Assembly: GCA_963827655.1 (NCBI GenBank)
Contig: CAWHCF010000020.1
Span: 1-64,000, forward strand
Source of the DNA: an uncultured Acidobacteriota bacterium
Lineage (GTDB): Bacteria > Acidobacteriota > UBA6911
DNA: 64,000 nucleotides
Direction: 5' to 3'
Shown: positions 1-10,565 of the stretch, one piece after another
Position numbering within the stretch: position 1 is the stretch's first letter
How the letters are laid out: each line of letters opens with the position of its first letter
The notes under the pieces: generated by a model
Databases searched by the model: none
What the model was told of the DNA's origin: nothing
The model's input: the letters and a program-made list of their open reading frames with translations, nothing else
Position numbers and translations under genes: made by a program

Positions 1-169
1 GCCTTTGCAGAGCAAGGCGCCATGAATTTTTGGTAAGTTTCGGCAAAGTCAGGGAGGCGCCGCGAGACCCTGGGGGCTCGAGCGCGGCGGCTGGGGAGGC
101 GCATGTCCTCCACCGCTACATGTGCGGACGGGCTATCAAGCCCGTCCGGCCGTCCAACTGGGGGCCGCT

Positions 170-208
170 AATGACAAATGACAGATGACCAATGAGAAAT
201 GACCAATG
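170..208. repeat. Short tandem heptamer array (AATGACN-like units) just past the czcA stop
   Basis: aatgacaaatgacagatgaccaatgagaaatgaccaatg read directly. Confidence 0.7.
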
Positions 209-217
209 GAAGCGCCC

Positions 218-3200
218 TTAGATCTCCACTTCCGGTTTTGTATCTACGAACCAACCATAGATGGCGGGCAATACCAATAGCGTGAGAAGGGTCGAGGTGA
301 TCAAACCGCCAATAACCACGGTCGCCAGGGGCCTTTGTACTTCAGCCCCCGCGCTGGTCGCGATTGCCATGGGGACAAACCCGAGACTGGCGACCAGCGC
401 TGTCATGAGCACCGGACGCAGCCGGGTCACGGCTCCCTGAAATGCCGCCTGCTTCGCGTCAAGACCTTGATTCCGCATCTGGTTGATATATGAGACCAGG
501 ACCACGCCGTTCAAAACCGCCACGCCAAACAACGCTATGAATCCCACGCCGGCTGAAATGCTGAACGGCATTCCTCTGAGAAAGAGGGCGGCCAGGCCGC
601 CCGTGGCCGCCAGCGGGATGTTCATATAGATGAGCACGGCTATCTTCGCCGAGTTGAAGGTCGAATAAAGAAGAACGAAAATAAGAAATAGAGCCAGGGG
701 AACGACGATGGCGAGACGCTTGCCCGCACGTTCGAGATTTTCGAACTGTCCTCCCCATTCAATCCAATAACCCACGGGCAGCTTCAACTTGCTTTCGATG
801 GCATCCCGGGCTTCGGCGACAAAGCTCCCCAGGTCTCGTCCGCGAACGTTGCACTCCACCGCAATCCGGCGATGAATGTTTTCCCGGCTGATCTGCGCCG
901 GCCCCTCCTCGGTCTCGATATCGGCTAACTGGGAAATAGGAATCAGCCGGCCTTGCGGATCGGCAACCTTGATATTCTGGATTGTTTCCGGGTCGTTCCG
1001 GTCGGTTTCTGAGAAACGCACCTGGAGAAAGAACCTCCGCTGGCCTTCCAGGACCTGTCCCATGATTTTGCCGCCCATGACCTCTACCGCGTCCAGTACC
1101 TGCGACGCGTTGATCCCATAGCGGGCAATCTGGTCGCGCCTGATGCGGATGCGCAAGTAGGGCGAACCGGCTATTTGCTCCGCCTTGACGTCTGAGGCTC
1201 CGTTGATTCGGGAAAGGACCTGGGCGATTTCATCCGCCTTGGTCTTGAGTTGCTCAAGATCTTCGCCGTTGAGCTGAACCGCTACGTCGGAGCGGACGCC
1301 TGCTATCAACTCCTGTACGCGCAGTTCGATCGGCTGAGAGTAACTGAAGATATTCCCGGGCACATTCTTCTTCAGCCTTTCGTCCATGGCTGCAATGAGT
1401 TCTTCCTTGGTGCCCGCTGTCTGCCACTGCTCGCGTGGTTTGAGGATGACGTAAATATCGCTGGTTTCGACCCCCATGGGATCCGTTGCAATCTCCGCCC
1501 TGCCTGTGCGTGAGACCACGGTCTCGACTTCGGGAAATTGATTCAGGATCTTTTCGATCAGGCTGGTCGATCTTATTGACTCCTCGAGCGAAACGCTGGG
1601 CAGGCGCCACGCCTGAAGGGCGATTGCCCCTTCGTCCAGCTTCGGTATGAATTCGGTTCCCAGGAAGGGTACCAGGATCAGGCCGGCAAGAAAAACGCCC
1701 GCAGCAATCATTGATACCAGGACAGGCCGTCCGATGGCTCTTTTAAGAACAGGCTCGTAGTATCTCTTGACCGTTCGGATTATCCAGGTCTCCTTATCGC
1801 TAACCGTTGCCTTTCTGAAGGCGAACGAGGCAAGGGTCGGCATCAGGGTAAGAGAGAGCAACAGAGAGCCGATCAAGGCGAAAACCACCGTTAACGCCAT
1901 GGGGCGGAACATTTTCCCTTCCACTCCCTCGAGCGTGAGAATGGGAAGGTACACGATGATAATGATCCCGACAGCGAACACGATCGGACGCGCCACCTCC
2001 CGGGCTGCCTCCCGAATTGTTGTCAGGACTCTGCCGCTTTTCTGTCCAGCCGCCGAGAGATGTCGGACGATGTTTTCGATCATTACGACCGAACCATCCA
2101 CGATCAAACCGAAATCAATAGCGCCCAGACTCATCAGGTTGCCCGAAATCTTGAACCGGACCATCAAGACAAACGCGAACAGCATCGAAAGTGGAATGGC
2201 TGACGCCACAATCAGCCCTCCGCGGATGCTTCCCAGGAGCACAAGGAGTACCAGAATGACCAGAATCCCGCCCTCGCTCAGATTCTTGATGACCGTGTTG
2301 ATGGTCTTTCGCACCAGCTCGGTCCGATCATAATAGGTTTCAACCGTCACTCCGGGCGGAAGGGATTTTTTGATCTCGTCCAGCTTTTGGTGAACCCGGT
2401 GCGCCACTACGCGCGAGTTTTCACCAATCAGCATCATGACCACCCCGGTGACAACCTCTCCTTTGCCATCGCGTGTTGCAGCTCCCTGTCGAATCATTGG
2501 AGCGAAGGTCGCCTGGCCAAGGTTGCGGATGTAAATGGGAGTTCCGTCCTGCTCCGCCGAGACCACGATGGTGTTGATGTCGTCAAGGTTGTTAACCAGG
2601 CCCTCGCCCCGGATGAGATACTGTTCTTGATTGTGCTGGATGTAACCCCCGCCGGAATTGGCATTGTTTCTCTGTAAAGCGTCGAAGACTTTTTCCAGCG
2701 GGATCTTGTAGCTGACCAGCTTGTTTGCGTCCAGCTGGACTTCGTAGGTTTTAAGTTCTCCTCCATAACTGTTAACCTCGACGACGCCCGGCACTGAGCG
2801 AAGCTTGAACGCGATATCCCATTCAAGGACGCTGCGTAATTCCATGAGCGAGTAGCCCGGGCCGCGGACTTCAAACTGGTAGATCTCTCCCAATCCCGTA
2901 CTGATGGGTCCCATCTCCGGGGTCCCAAAACCGGGTGGAATCGCCTCGCGCGCCTGAGGCAGCCGTTCCATGACCAGCTGCCGGGCGAAGTAGATATCCA
3001 TGTCTTCCTCGAAATACAAATAAACCGCCGAAAGCCCGAAGCGTGAGATCGAACGAATATCGGTGATTCCGGGCAAGCCACTCATCGCAGTTTCAACGGA
3101 AAAAGTGATGAGCCTCTCGACCTCGATCGGACCGAGACCCGGCGCTTCGGTCAAGATCTGCACTTGATTGGGAGTGACGTCGGGAACGGCGTCAATCGGC

Positions 3201-3298
3201 AGACGAAGCATCGAATAGATGCCGACTCCCAGAAGCAGGCAGGTAAAAACGAGAATCAAGAAGCGGTTCTTCAGTGCGAAATCCACAATGCGATGCAT
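218..3298 (-). CDS. czcA: Heavy-metal efflux RND permease, CzcA/CusA family
   Basis: RLPIDAVPDVT, SLGAIDFGLIVDGSVV and RLRPVLMTALVASLGFVPMA motifs; likely start is MHRIVD at 3298, not the ORF-track start. Confidence 0.93.
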   Translation of the reverse strand: MHRIVDFALKNRFLILVFTCLLLGVGIYSMLRLPIDAVPDVTPNQVQILTEAPGLGPIEVERLITFSVETAMSGLPGITDIRSISRFGLSAVYLYFEEDMDIYFARQLVMERLPQAREAIPPGFGTPEMGPISTGLGEIYQFEVRGPGYSLMELRSVLEWDIAFKLRSVPGVVEVNSYGGELKTYEVQLDANKLVSYKIPLEKVFDALQRNNANSGGGYIQHNQEQYLIRGEGLVNNLDDINTIVVSAEQDGTPIYIRNLGQATFAPMIRQGAATRDGKGEVVTGVVMMLIGENSRVVAHRVHQKLDEIKKSLPPGVTVETYYDRTELVRKTINTVIKNLSEGGILVILVLLVLLGSIRGGLIVASAIPLSMLFAFVLMVRFKISGNLMSLGAIDFGLIVDGSVVMIENIVRHLSAAGQKSGRVLTTIREAAREVARPIVFAVGIIIIVYLPILTLEGVEGKMFRPMALTVVFALIGSLLLSLTLMPTLASFAFRKATVSDKETWIIRTVKRYYEPVLKRAIGRPVLVSMIAAGVFLAGLILVPFLGTEFIPKLDEGAIALQAWRLPSVSLEESIRSTSLIEKILNQFPEVETVVSRTGRAEIATDPMGVETSDIYVILKPREQWQTAGTKEELIAAMDERLKKNVPGNIFSYSQPIELRVQELIAGVRSDVAVQLNGEDLEQLKTKADEIAQVLSRINGASDVKAEQIAGSPYLRIRIRRDQIARYGINASQVLDAVEVMGGKIMGQVLEGQRRFFLQVRFSETDRNDPETIQNIKVADPQGRLIPISQLADIETEEGPAQISRENIHRRIAVECNVRGRDLGSFVAEARDAIESKLKLPVGYWIEWGGQFENLERAGKRLAIVVPLALFLIFVLLYSTFNSAKIAVLIYMNIPLAATGGLAALFLRGMPFSISAGVGFIALFGVAVLNGVVLVSYINQMRNQGLDAKQAAFQGAVTRLRPVLMTALVASLGFVPMAIATSAGAEVQRPLATVVIGGLITSTLLTLLVLPAIYGWFVDTKPEVEI

Positions 3299-3520
3299 TT
3301 CGTCGGGCTCCGCGAAGCTTAATACTGCTGTTCGCAATTTCGGTAACGTACAGGAGCCGTTGAGGCCTGAAAGGCCGACAGAGAGTAGCGCCGTGAGGCC
3401 GGATAAGGCGTCGATTACGGAGCCCGTGGTGCACAGACCATCCGCCTTCGGCCTGGACGACGACAGAGCCAACTCCTACCGCTCGGCCCAAAAACGTTAA
3501 TTACCGTAATTATCAGCCGC

Positions 3521-4826
3521 TTAATGCTCCTCACCGCCGATTCGTTCCCTCTGCAGTGCGATTTCAAGTAGAAGCTGCCTTCGGTAACCACTTTTTCACC
3601 TCGACTCAAGCCTGAGACGACTTCAACCCAGCCTTCCTGTCGGGCGCCCAGCTGGAGTTCCCTTGGAAGAAATTCGGTTTCTTTCAGTTGAACGAAAGCC
3701 ATGGCCTTGCCATCGATCTTCTGAACCGAGCTCGATGGAATTGCCAGGACTGTGCGCTTCTCGGTTGTCGGAATGTGAATCGTGGCAAACATCTCCAGCT
3801 TCAACTCATGCCTCTTATTGTCGACTACGCAGCGGACTTTCGCCGACCGGGAGGTGGGATCGATCTGGTCGCTGATGTAGGTAATCTTTCCCGTGAAAAT
3901 CCTGTCCGGGTAAGTAGCCACTACGATCTGAACGTCCTGGCCTTCACGGACCGAGGCGAGATTCTTTTCATAGACATCGGCCAGAACCCAGACGGTATCG
4001 ATGTCGGTGATCGTGAGCAATTCACGATCCGGTTGGACCAGCTCTCCTTCCCCAAGCTCGTACCTGGTGATGATTCCCGCGAACGGCGCCCGCAGTATGT
4101 TGTGAGAGGCGGTACGGTGCACCTGCTGATGATCCGGGCCGTGCAGGGCTGTGATCTCCTTCTCGGATAATCCATAGCGATGAAGTTTCTCTTCGTATTT
4201 GGCCAGTTCCGCCCTTTGTCTTTCCAGGGCGGCCAGAGTGTTCTTGTATTCAGCCTGTTTCAGTTCGTATTCTTTTTGAGCGATGGCCTGGTTCTCGAGC
4301 AGACGCGCGCGCGCGGTCGAGAAATTTGGCGCTGACTTCGACATTGGCCTTCTCCTTCTCTTCCTGCGACAGGGCGCTGAGGTATTCATTGATCAATTCA
4401 CCGAGCTCGATGTTGTCGTACCGCACGAGCGGATCGCCTGCCTTTACGCGATCTCCAAGACGGACGAAGACTTTCTCAACCAGACCTCGGGCGAGCGGCC
4501 GGACGTGAGCCACTCGCGTTTCGTTGGAACTGACGATTCCGGTTGTCTGGAGAGTGGTCACCATGTTTCGTCCGGCAGCTTCGACAATCTTGATGCCGGC
4601 GTTTTTCTGCGCTTCCCTGGAGATGGGAACGATACGAGAAGATCTCTTCTCTTCAGGTGGCTTCGTTTTGTTCTCCTCTGGGGGGCCAGGGGGCCCCTGA
4701 ACCCTTCTGGCCTCTGAAAAATCCATAGGAGATGACGATCCCCAGAAGGACGCCGATCGACAGAGACAACAGGATGGGCAGCCAGGGGTGGGAGAAAACA
4801 CCAATCTTGGAAGAGAATCTTTCCAT
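3521..4826 (-). CDS. czcB: RND periplasmic adaptor (CzcB/CusB), split by about 3 frameshifts
   Basis: Fragments 4250-4804 and 3415-4389 carry VRPLARGLVEKVFVRLGDRVKAGDPL and LRAPFAGII; ATG overlaps the czcC stop (TAATG); C-terminus RERIGGEEH*. Confidence 0.85.
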
Positions 4827-6106
4827 TATTGAACCTCCAATCCAATAGCGCTGCCGAGTTCGTAAAGGCTGATCCGATAGTCGTAAAGCGCCTGGTGGTA
4901 AAGCCTGCGTGTTTCGCGGAAAGCTCGTTCTGAATCCAACAGATTAATGAGATCGGTCCCACCCAGGCGATAAGCCGCGGTCAGGATTTGCCGGGCTTCA
5001 TCCGCCTTCCTGATGGATTCCTTCTCAACGTACGCCAGTCGTTCACGGTTGATCTCAACGGCGTTGTAGGCTTTTCGGATATCGAGCAGGATCTGGTTTT
5101 TCGTTTGTGTTGCCAGCTGTGCCGCGCGCTCCCGTTCGGCCATGGCTCTGGCGATCCCGCCTTCGTTCCGATTGAAGATTTTCAGAGGAATCGTCAGTCC
5201 GAAGGCGACGGAATTCTCGTTCAGATTTCTCTTATAGCCTGCGCCGATCGTGATATTGGGAGACCGGATGGCTCGTTGGAGAAGCGTCTCCGTGTCTGCG
5301 CGTCGTTCCTCGACGGCTGCGGACGTGAGGTCGGGCCTCCTGGCCAGCCCCTGCCGTTCCAGCTCAGTCAGAGGGAGGATCGGAGGGATACCCTCCTGGG
5401 CTACAGGAGTCTTCGAATCCAGCAAGAGCGCTTCAGCGAATGTGAACTGGTTGTTCGCTTCGGGAAGGCCGATGGCAGTCACTAATGCGCTCCTGGCATC
5501 GGCGAGAGCAAGGCGGGCGGCAAAGACATCCTCCACAAACCTGAGGCGTTCTACCTCGATGCGCTTGAGCTCAGAGCCTGAAATGTCTCCGTTCTCGAAA
5601 CGCACTTGATTCAGCGCGATGATCCGGTCGATCTCCTGCAGAACTGTTTGCGCGAGTTCCAGGTTGGTCTGGGCCAGAACGCCTTTAAGGTAAGCTCGAC
5701 GCACTTCGAGCCGTAGCGCGCGGACGGCATTTTCATGACTGGCCTTTTCCGATTCGACCCGCCAATCCGCAACCCCGGTTCGTAGCCGCCGTTTCCCGGC
5801 GGTCTCGAGCTCCTGGTCCACGCGAGCCGTGATTTCCTGAGTCTGAAAAAAAGCGCCCGGGTCGCCGCTGAACAGTCGATAGTCTTCGAAGTTCAATGAA
5901 AAAGCCGGATTGAGTTTTTTGGACGCATCCAGGCGCTCGGCCTCGGCAATTTCGATTGCGGTTCTCGCGACTTGTAACGCCGGGCTGTTCTTGATGGCCA
6001 TGTCCAGGGCTGTTGCCAGCGTTAATTGCTCAGGAATCTGTGATGCGGTTTGACCGAGAGCGGATAGAGTAAAGACAAGAACAGAGCAGTGTATGACCGA
6101 TTTCAT
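4826..6106 (-). CDS. czcC: TolC-family outer-membrane efflux protein (CzcC-like)
   Basis: Signal peptide; ELETAGKRRLR and LTIPLKIFNRNEGGI motifs; first gene of the RND operon. Confidence 0.88.
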   Translation of the reverse strand: MKSVIHCSVLVFTLSALGQTASQIPEQLTLATALDMAIKNSPALQVARTAIEIAEAERLDASKKLNPAFSLNFEDYRLFSGDPGAFFQTQEITARVDQELETAGKRRLRTGVADWRVESEKASHENAVRALRLEVRRAYLKGVLAQTNLELAQTVLQEIDRIIALNQVRFENGDISGSELKRIEVERLRFVEDVFAARLALADARSALVTAIGLPEANNQFTFAEALLLDSKTPVAQEGIPPILPLTELERQGLARRPDLTSAAVEERRADTETLLQRAIRSPNITIGAGYKRNLNENSVAFGLTIPLKIFNRNEGGIARAMAERERAAQLATQTKNQILLDIRKAYNAVEINRERLAYVEKESIRKADEARQILTAAYRLGGTDLINLLDSERAFRETRRLYHQALYDYRISLYELGSAIGLEVQ

Positions 6107-6287
6107 TCCAGTCTCCCTAACGACTTTTCAATCGATTTACCTCCGGAGAATCCACGCGCCGGCACCTGATTGAAAGACTATTCGCCTGGGCCAATCATGG
6201 GATTCTGATGGACGTGGAACAGATCCCGATCAGGCATCCCGCTGATTGTTGCCCCGGCAGAGGGCCGGCAATTCTATGGCGGTCGAG

Positions 6288-6635
6288 TTAGACCTGGTTT
6301 ACCCGGGGAGGATTGAATGGACGGAGCTGGACACCGTCGAGCCGTCGCGAGGACCTCAGAATTGAGAGCTGCTCGCCGGCGAAGATACTCTCGTCTCCTG
6401 GTAACAAGGGAAGGGCGATATGCGAGCAACAGCAGAAGCAGTCATCAAAGTAAGAGTTCTCTGAGCCGGGAATTCCCGCGCCGTGCGACGCATTGATAGT
6501 TGCTACGGAATTGAGGGCAGGCGGCAGGTCATCGGTCCGGCAGATCCCGGGGATAAAGAGGTCGGCTGCTGCGTAGGACAGCAGTATTAACGCCACGGTC
6601 TGCTGTATCCTGGCACGCCACCGAGAAGAGTTCAT
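6288..6635 (-). CDS. Small Cys-rich protein upstream of czcCBA (DUF2946/CzcI-like leader)
   Basis: N-terminal hydrophobic segment, DDCFCCCSH, C-terminal PFNPPR. Confidence 0.65.
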   Translation of the reverse strand: MNSSRWRARIQQTVALILLSYAAADLFIPGICRTDDLPPALNSVATINASHGAGIPGSENSYFDDCFCCCSHIALPLLPGDESIFAGEQLSILRSSRRLDGVQLRPFNPPRVNQV

Positions 6636-6685
6636 GTCGAAACCGTACTCGCTTTGGGATTCTTCCGTCAAGGTCTATTGGCGAT

Positions 6686-6746
6686 CTTTTGTGTTTCGTG
6701 GTCAGTGCTACCTAACAAATACCGCGAGGACGCGAAGACACCAAGG
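6686..6746. repeat. REP-like repeat copy (two inverted arms)
   Basis: cttttgtgtttcgtggt ... accgcgaggacgcgaagacaccaagg. Confidence 0.6.
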
Positions 6747-6759
6747 AGGGGGAGCCGAA

Positions 6760-7232
6760 TCAGCGCTGCGAAGCCGGACCCGACCGGCTGCACGTCCCGC
6801 GGTAGTATGCCTCCGCGTCGCACGTCTTGCCGCCCGGCAGCGTGCACGTGCCCTGCTCATCAGCGGTGCCGCTGCGCGCGACCACCGTGTAACGGCCGCC
6901 GTGATGCCGCAGTAGCGCGCGGCGAGCGTCGCGTACCCTGCCGCGCGGATGCCGCCCGTCGGGCACTCACCGCGCAGGAGCGCCCACTCCTCACACTGCC
7001 GGTTGTCGGAGAAAGTGCATACGCCATACTGACCCCCGCCGGGATTACGCTCGATCGTGAGGGTCCCGCCCTGCTCAACACAGTGCTGGGAGGCCGGGTT
7101 GGCGCGCTGCGCGGCGGGTCCCGGAGAGGTCGGCGCCTGTCCCACCGGTGCCGGGGGCCGTGCGCATCCAACCAGGAGCGCTATCGAGATGATCACGACG
7201 AAATGGTCAGAAAGCGCAAGAAAGCGTTTCAT
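6760..7232 (-). CDS. DUF333-domain lipoprotein, one frameshift near 6900
   Basis: Lipobox LLVGC; ANPASQHCVEQGG...CEEWALLRGEC; second Cys repeat continues in frame 6760-6966. Confidence 0.75.
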
Positions 7233-7260
7233 GCAGAGACTCCAGGACGCGCGGTTCCGT

Positions 7261-8307
7261 TTACTTCCTGGAGGCCGGGCCCTTGGCGGGCGGGAACACG
7301 GTGTTCCAGTCGCCCTTCATGCTCACGACGGTCCAGCCCCTGGCCACCGCCTCGTCCCAGCCCTTGTTGAACTGCTGTAGCTTGTCGGCGCGGTCATAGG
7401 CGTACTCACGCGCCGCGTCGTCGTGGTGGACGAAGAGGGCAAAACGCACGCCGGGCCGGCCATGGCCCATTGCAACATCTGGAAGTCGCCGTCGGAGTTG
7501 CCGAACGCAGCAATCGGACGACGTCCGATACGGCTCTGAATGCCGACCGGCTTGCCTTCTTTGTCGTCGATCAGATCCACCTCAGGCAGCTTGATCAAAA
7601 CCGGTTGCCCGTCGCGCACCTCGAGCTTCAGCTTGCCGCTGCTGCCGATGACCTGCTCCGGCGGGATCCCGTAGACCCTTTCGGTCCAGGGCCGCATGAA
7701 CTCGACGCCGCCGCCGGACACGATAAAGGTCTTGAAGTGATTGGCGCGCAGGTAGGCGAGCAGTTCGAGCATGGGCTGATAAACCATGTCCGTGAACAGC
7801 CGTCCGGTCTCAGGATGCTTCGCGGTTGCGATCCAGTCCTGCACTGCCTGGGAGAATTCGTCCGTGGTCATCCCGGTATGGGTCGCGGCCATGATCTGGA
7901 GCATACCCTTCACGACCGGCAGCGGCGACGCCCGCCATGTCGCCCTTGAGCAGGGAAGCGAAAGGCTCCTTGGTCTTCCAGTCGGGACGTTGCGGCGCCA
8001 GCGCCTTCACCCGATCGAAGGCGAACAGGAGCTGAAACGGAACCGGCTTCTCGGCCCAGAGCGTGCCGTCGTTATCGAACGTCGCAATGCGCTCGGGCAC
8101 AGGCACGAACTCGGGACCACCCTCTTTTGTAACCCGGGCGACAAAGTCCAGGATTGCGCGCTTTGACGATCCGTCGTTCCAGGACAGCAGCGGGTCAGCC
8201 GGCGCCACAGTCACGGGTGGCGCAGCCGTCTCGGTTGGTGCGGAGCCACCGCAAGCAGCCGTGAATATCAGAACCAGCAGGAAACCGCGCTTCGACGATC
8301 CGATCAT
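7261..8307 (-). CDS. HAD-family hydrolase/phosphatase lipoprotein, two frameshifts
   Basis: FDNDGTLW, IVSGGG and AFGNSDGD HAD motifs across ORFs 7810-8379, 7323-7913 and 7261-7470. Confidence 0.85.
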
Positions 8308-8477
8308 GCAAGGTCCTTTCCGAATGGCTATCAGGAGACCGCACGGCTTCGAAGGTCTGACGAGTGGAAGACCTCCCAATCGTTCTTGATGCTGACGACC
8401 GTCAATTCTGCTTCGCCAACTCCAGTGCGCGGCGTGTATCTCGGCGCCTGGAGTTGTTGTATTGTCGCCAGACGAAT

Positions 8478-10058
8478 TCAGTGTCCGGCGCCGCTGGCGC
8501 CAGCCGTCATCTTTTCGAGCGCTTCGTCGATGGTGAACGAAGCCGCCTTCTGCCGCGGCGGGAACTCCTTAAACGTCGCCAGAAACTCGGCCGACGATCG
8601 TCTGAGCCGCCAAGACCATGAAGGAATGATAGAGGATCCAGTCGTAGAAGAAGTTCGACGTCATGTCGGCGCGCTCGAAGGGATCGGTCCGCAGATTGAA
8701 GAAATTGGGCAGTCGCAACGGCATGAAGGGCTCCGCCCAGACGCTGAGGCCCTGCGCGCGCTGTTCCATGAAGACGAACTTCCAGTCGTCCAAGCGCAGC
8801 GCGATCAGGTCACCATCGTCATCGAATAAATGAAGCCCTTGGCGCGGGTTTTTCTTCGCCTCACCTTTCAGAAACGGCAACAGGTTGTAGCCGTCCAGAT
8901 GCGACTTTAAATGTCTTGTCTGCCCGCCTTATGCCCTTTCAGCAGTTTATCCATGATGTCCGGCTCGCCGGCCATCGCGAGAAAAGTCGGCAGCCAGTCG
9001 TTATGATGGATGATGTCGTTGGAAACAGCACCCGCCTTGATCTTGCCCGGCCAGCGCACCAGCATCGGGACGCGGAACGCCCCCTCCCAGTTGGTGTTCT
9101 TCTCGCTGCGGAAGGGAGTCATCGCGCCGTCCGGCCAGGTGTTCATGTGCGGCCCGTTGTCGGTCGAGTACATCACGAAGGTGTTGTCGGCAATGCCCAG
9201 CTCGTCCAAAAAGTCCAACAACTCGCCGACGTTCTTGTCGTGGTCGATCATGGTGTCATGATAAGGCGACTGCCAGGCCGGCCTTGCCCGAGGCTCTCCG
9301 GCTTGGTGTGGGTGAACAGGTGCATGTGGGTGGTGTTGACCAAGCAGAAGAAGGGCTTGTCACCGTCCACCTGACGCTTCGATGAAGTCCTTGGCTGCAT
9401 GCCACGAACTCGTCGTCGAAGGTCTCCATCCGCTTCTTGGTGAGCGGGCCGGTGTCTTCGATCTTCTGCTTGCCGACGCGGCCCCATCGCGGTTGCTCCG
9501 TCGCGTCGTCCTTGTCCGTCGCCCAGCAGTGCAGGACACCGCGCGGGCCGAACCGCTTCGCGGAACTTGCGGGAAATCTTTCTCGGGTGGGTAGTCGGGC
9601 ATCTCCGGCTCCTCCTCGGCATTGAGATGGTAGAGGTTGCCGAAGAACTCGTCGAAGCCGTGCGACGGTCGGGAGGTACTTGTTGAGGTCGCCCAGGTGG
9701 TTCTTACCGAACTGCCCGGTGGCATAGCCGAGCGGCTTCAATAGTTCGGCGATGGTCGGGTCCTCGGCGCTGAAGGCCGACGGGCCGCGCCAGGAATACC
9801 GACCTTGGTCAGTCCGGTGCGGATAGCCGCACTGCCCGGTGATGAAGGAAGCACGGCCTGCTGTGCAGCTCTGCTCGCCGTACCAGTCGGTGAACATCAT
9901 ACCTTCTTTGGCGATGCGGTCGATGTTGGGCGTGCGGTAGCCCATGATGCCGTGGTTGTAAGCAGGACAGTTGAACAACCGATGTCGTCCCCCCAGATGA
10001 TGAGGATGTTCGGCTTGGACTCAGTTCCTTTTTTGGGAGCAGTGTCTTTTGCTGGCAT
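8478..10058 (-). CDS. Arylsulfatase, multiple frameshifts
   Basis: KPNILIIWGDD, SCTAGRASFITG, FGKNHLGD, STDNGP and NWEGAFRVP motifs in successive frames. Confidence 0.88.
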
Positions 10059-10498
10059 AGTTGGTTTTCTCCTATCGGTGTGATATGGCTATTCGCCGGA
10101 GAGATTTATGAGGATACGAACGCTCCTGGTGGGGATGCGGCCCGCGGCAGACGCTCTGCTATTCCATACCCGGTCGCCCTGGCCGCTTGGACGTTCATAC
10201 GGAAACGGTTACCTCGCGACTCCCGAAAAGCTTCGTTGATCTATTTCGACTCACGGCCGGAAGCCGTGGAATGCAAAGTGCGATAAGCGTGCGCTTTCTT
10301 GATGGGGGAATGCTTGCGCTAAGCCAGACTAGATGATGATTTTTGGACGTTCAATCGCATAGATCTGGTATTTTGACAGAAAGGATTTCAGGCAGAGATT
10401 GAGCTAAACCGGCATACCCACTTGTGGGTCCACGGTAATCTGAGTCGGTATTTTGCTTGAGTGGACGTTTTCTAGTGCGTTTAGGGCGGAACAAAAGC

Positions 10499-10527
10499 AA
10501 CCACTAAGACTCGAAGAAACTCTAAGG
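10499..10527 (+). repeat. REP-like repeat copy
   Basis: aaccactaagactcgaagaaactctaagg. Confidence 0.6.
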
Positions 10528-10565
10528 ACCTTGTCGCCTTGTCCTTATAACCTTTCCCGCTAAAA

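Noticed and set aside
3299-3472. 58-aa N-terminal extension of CzcA
   Set aside because: Family similarity starts at MHRIVD; the extension is an ORF-caller artefact.
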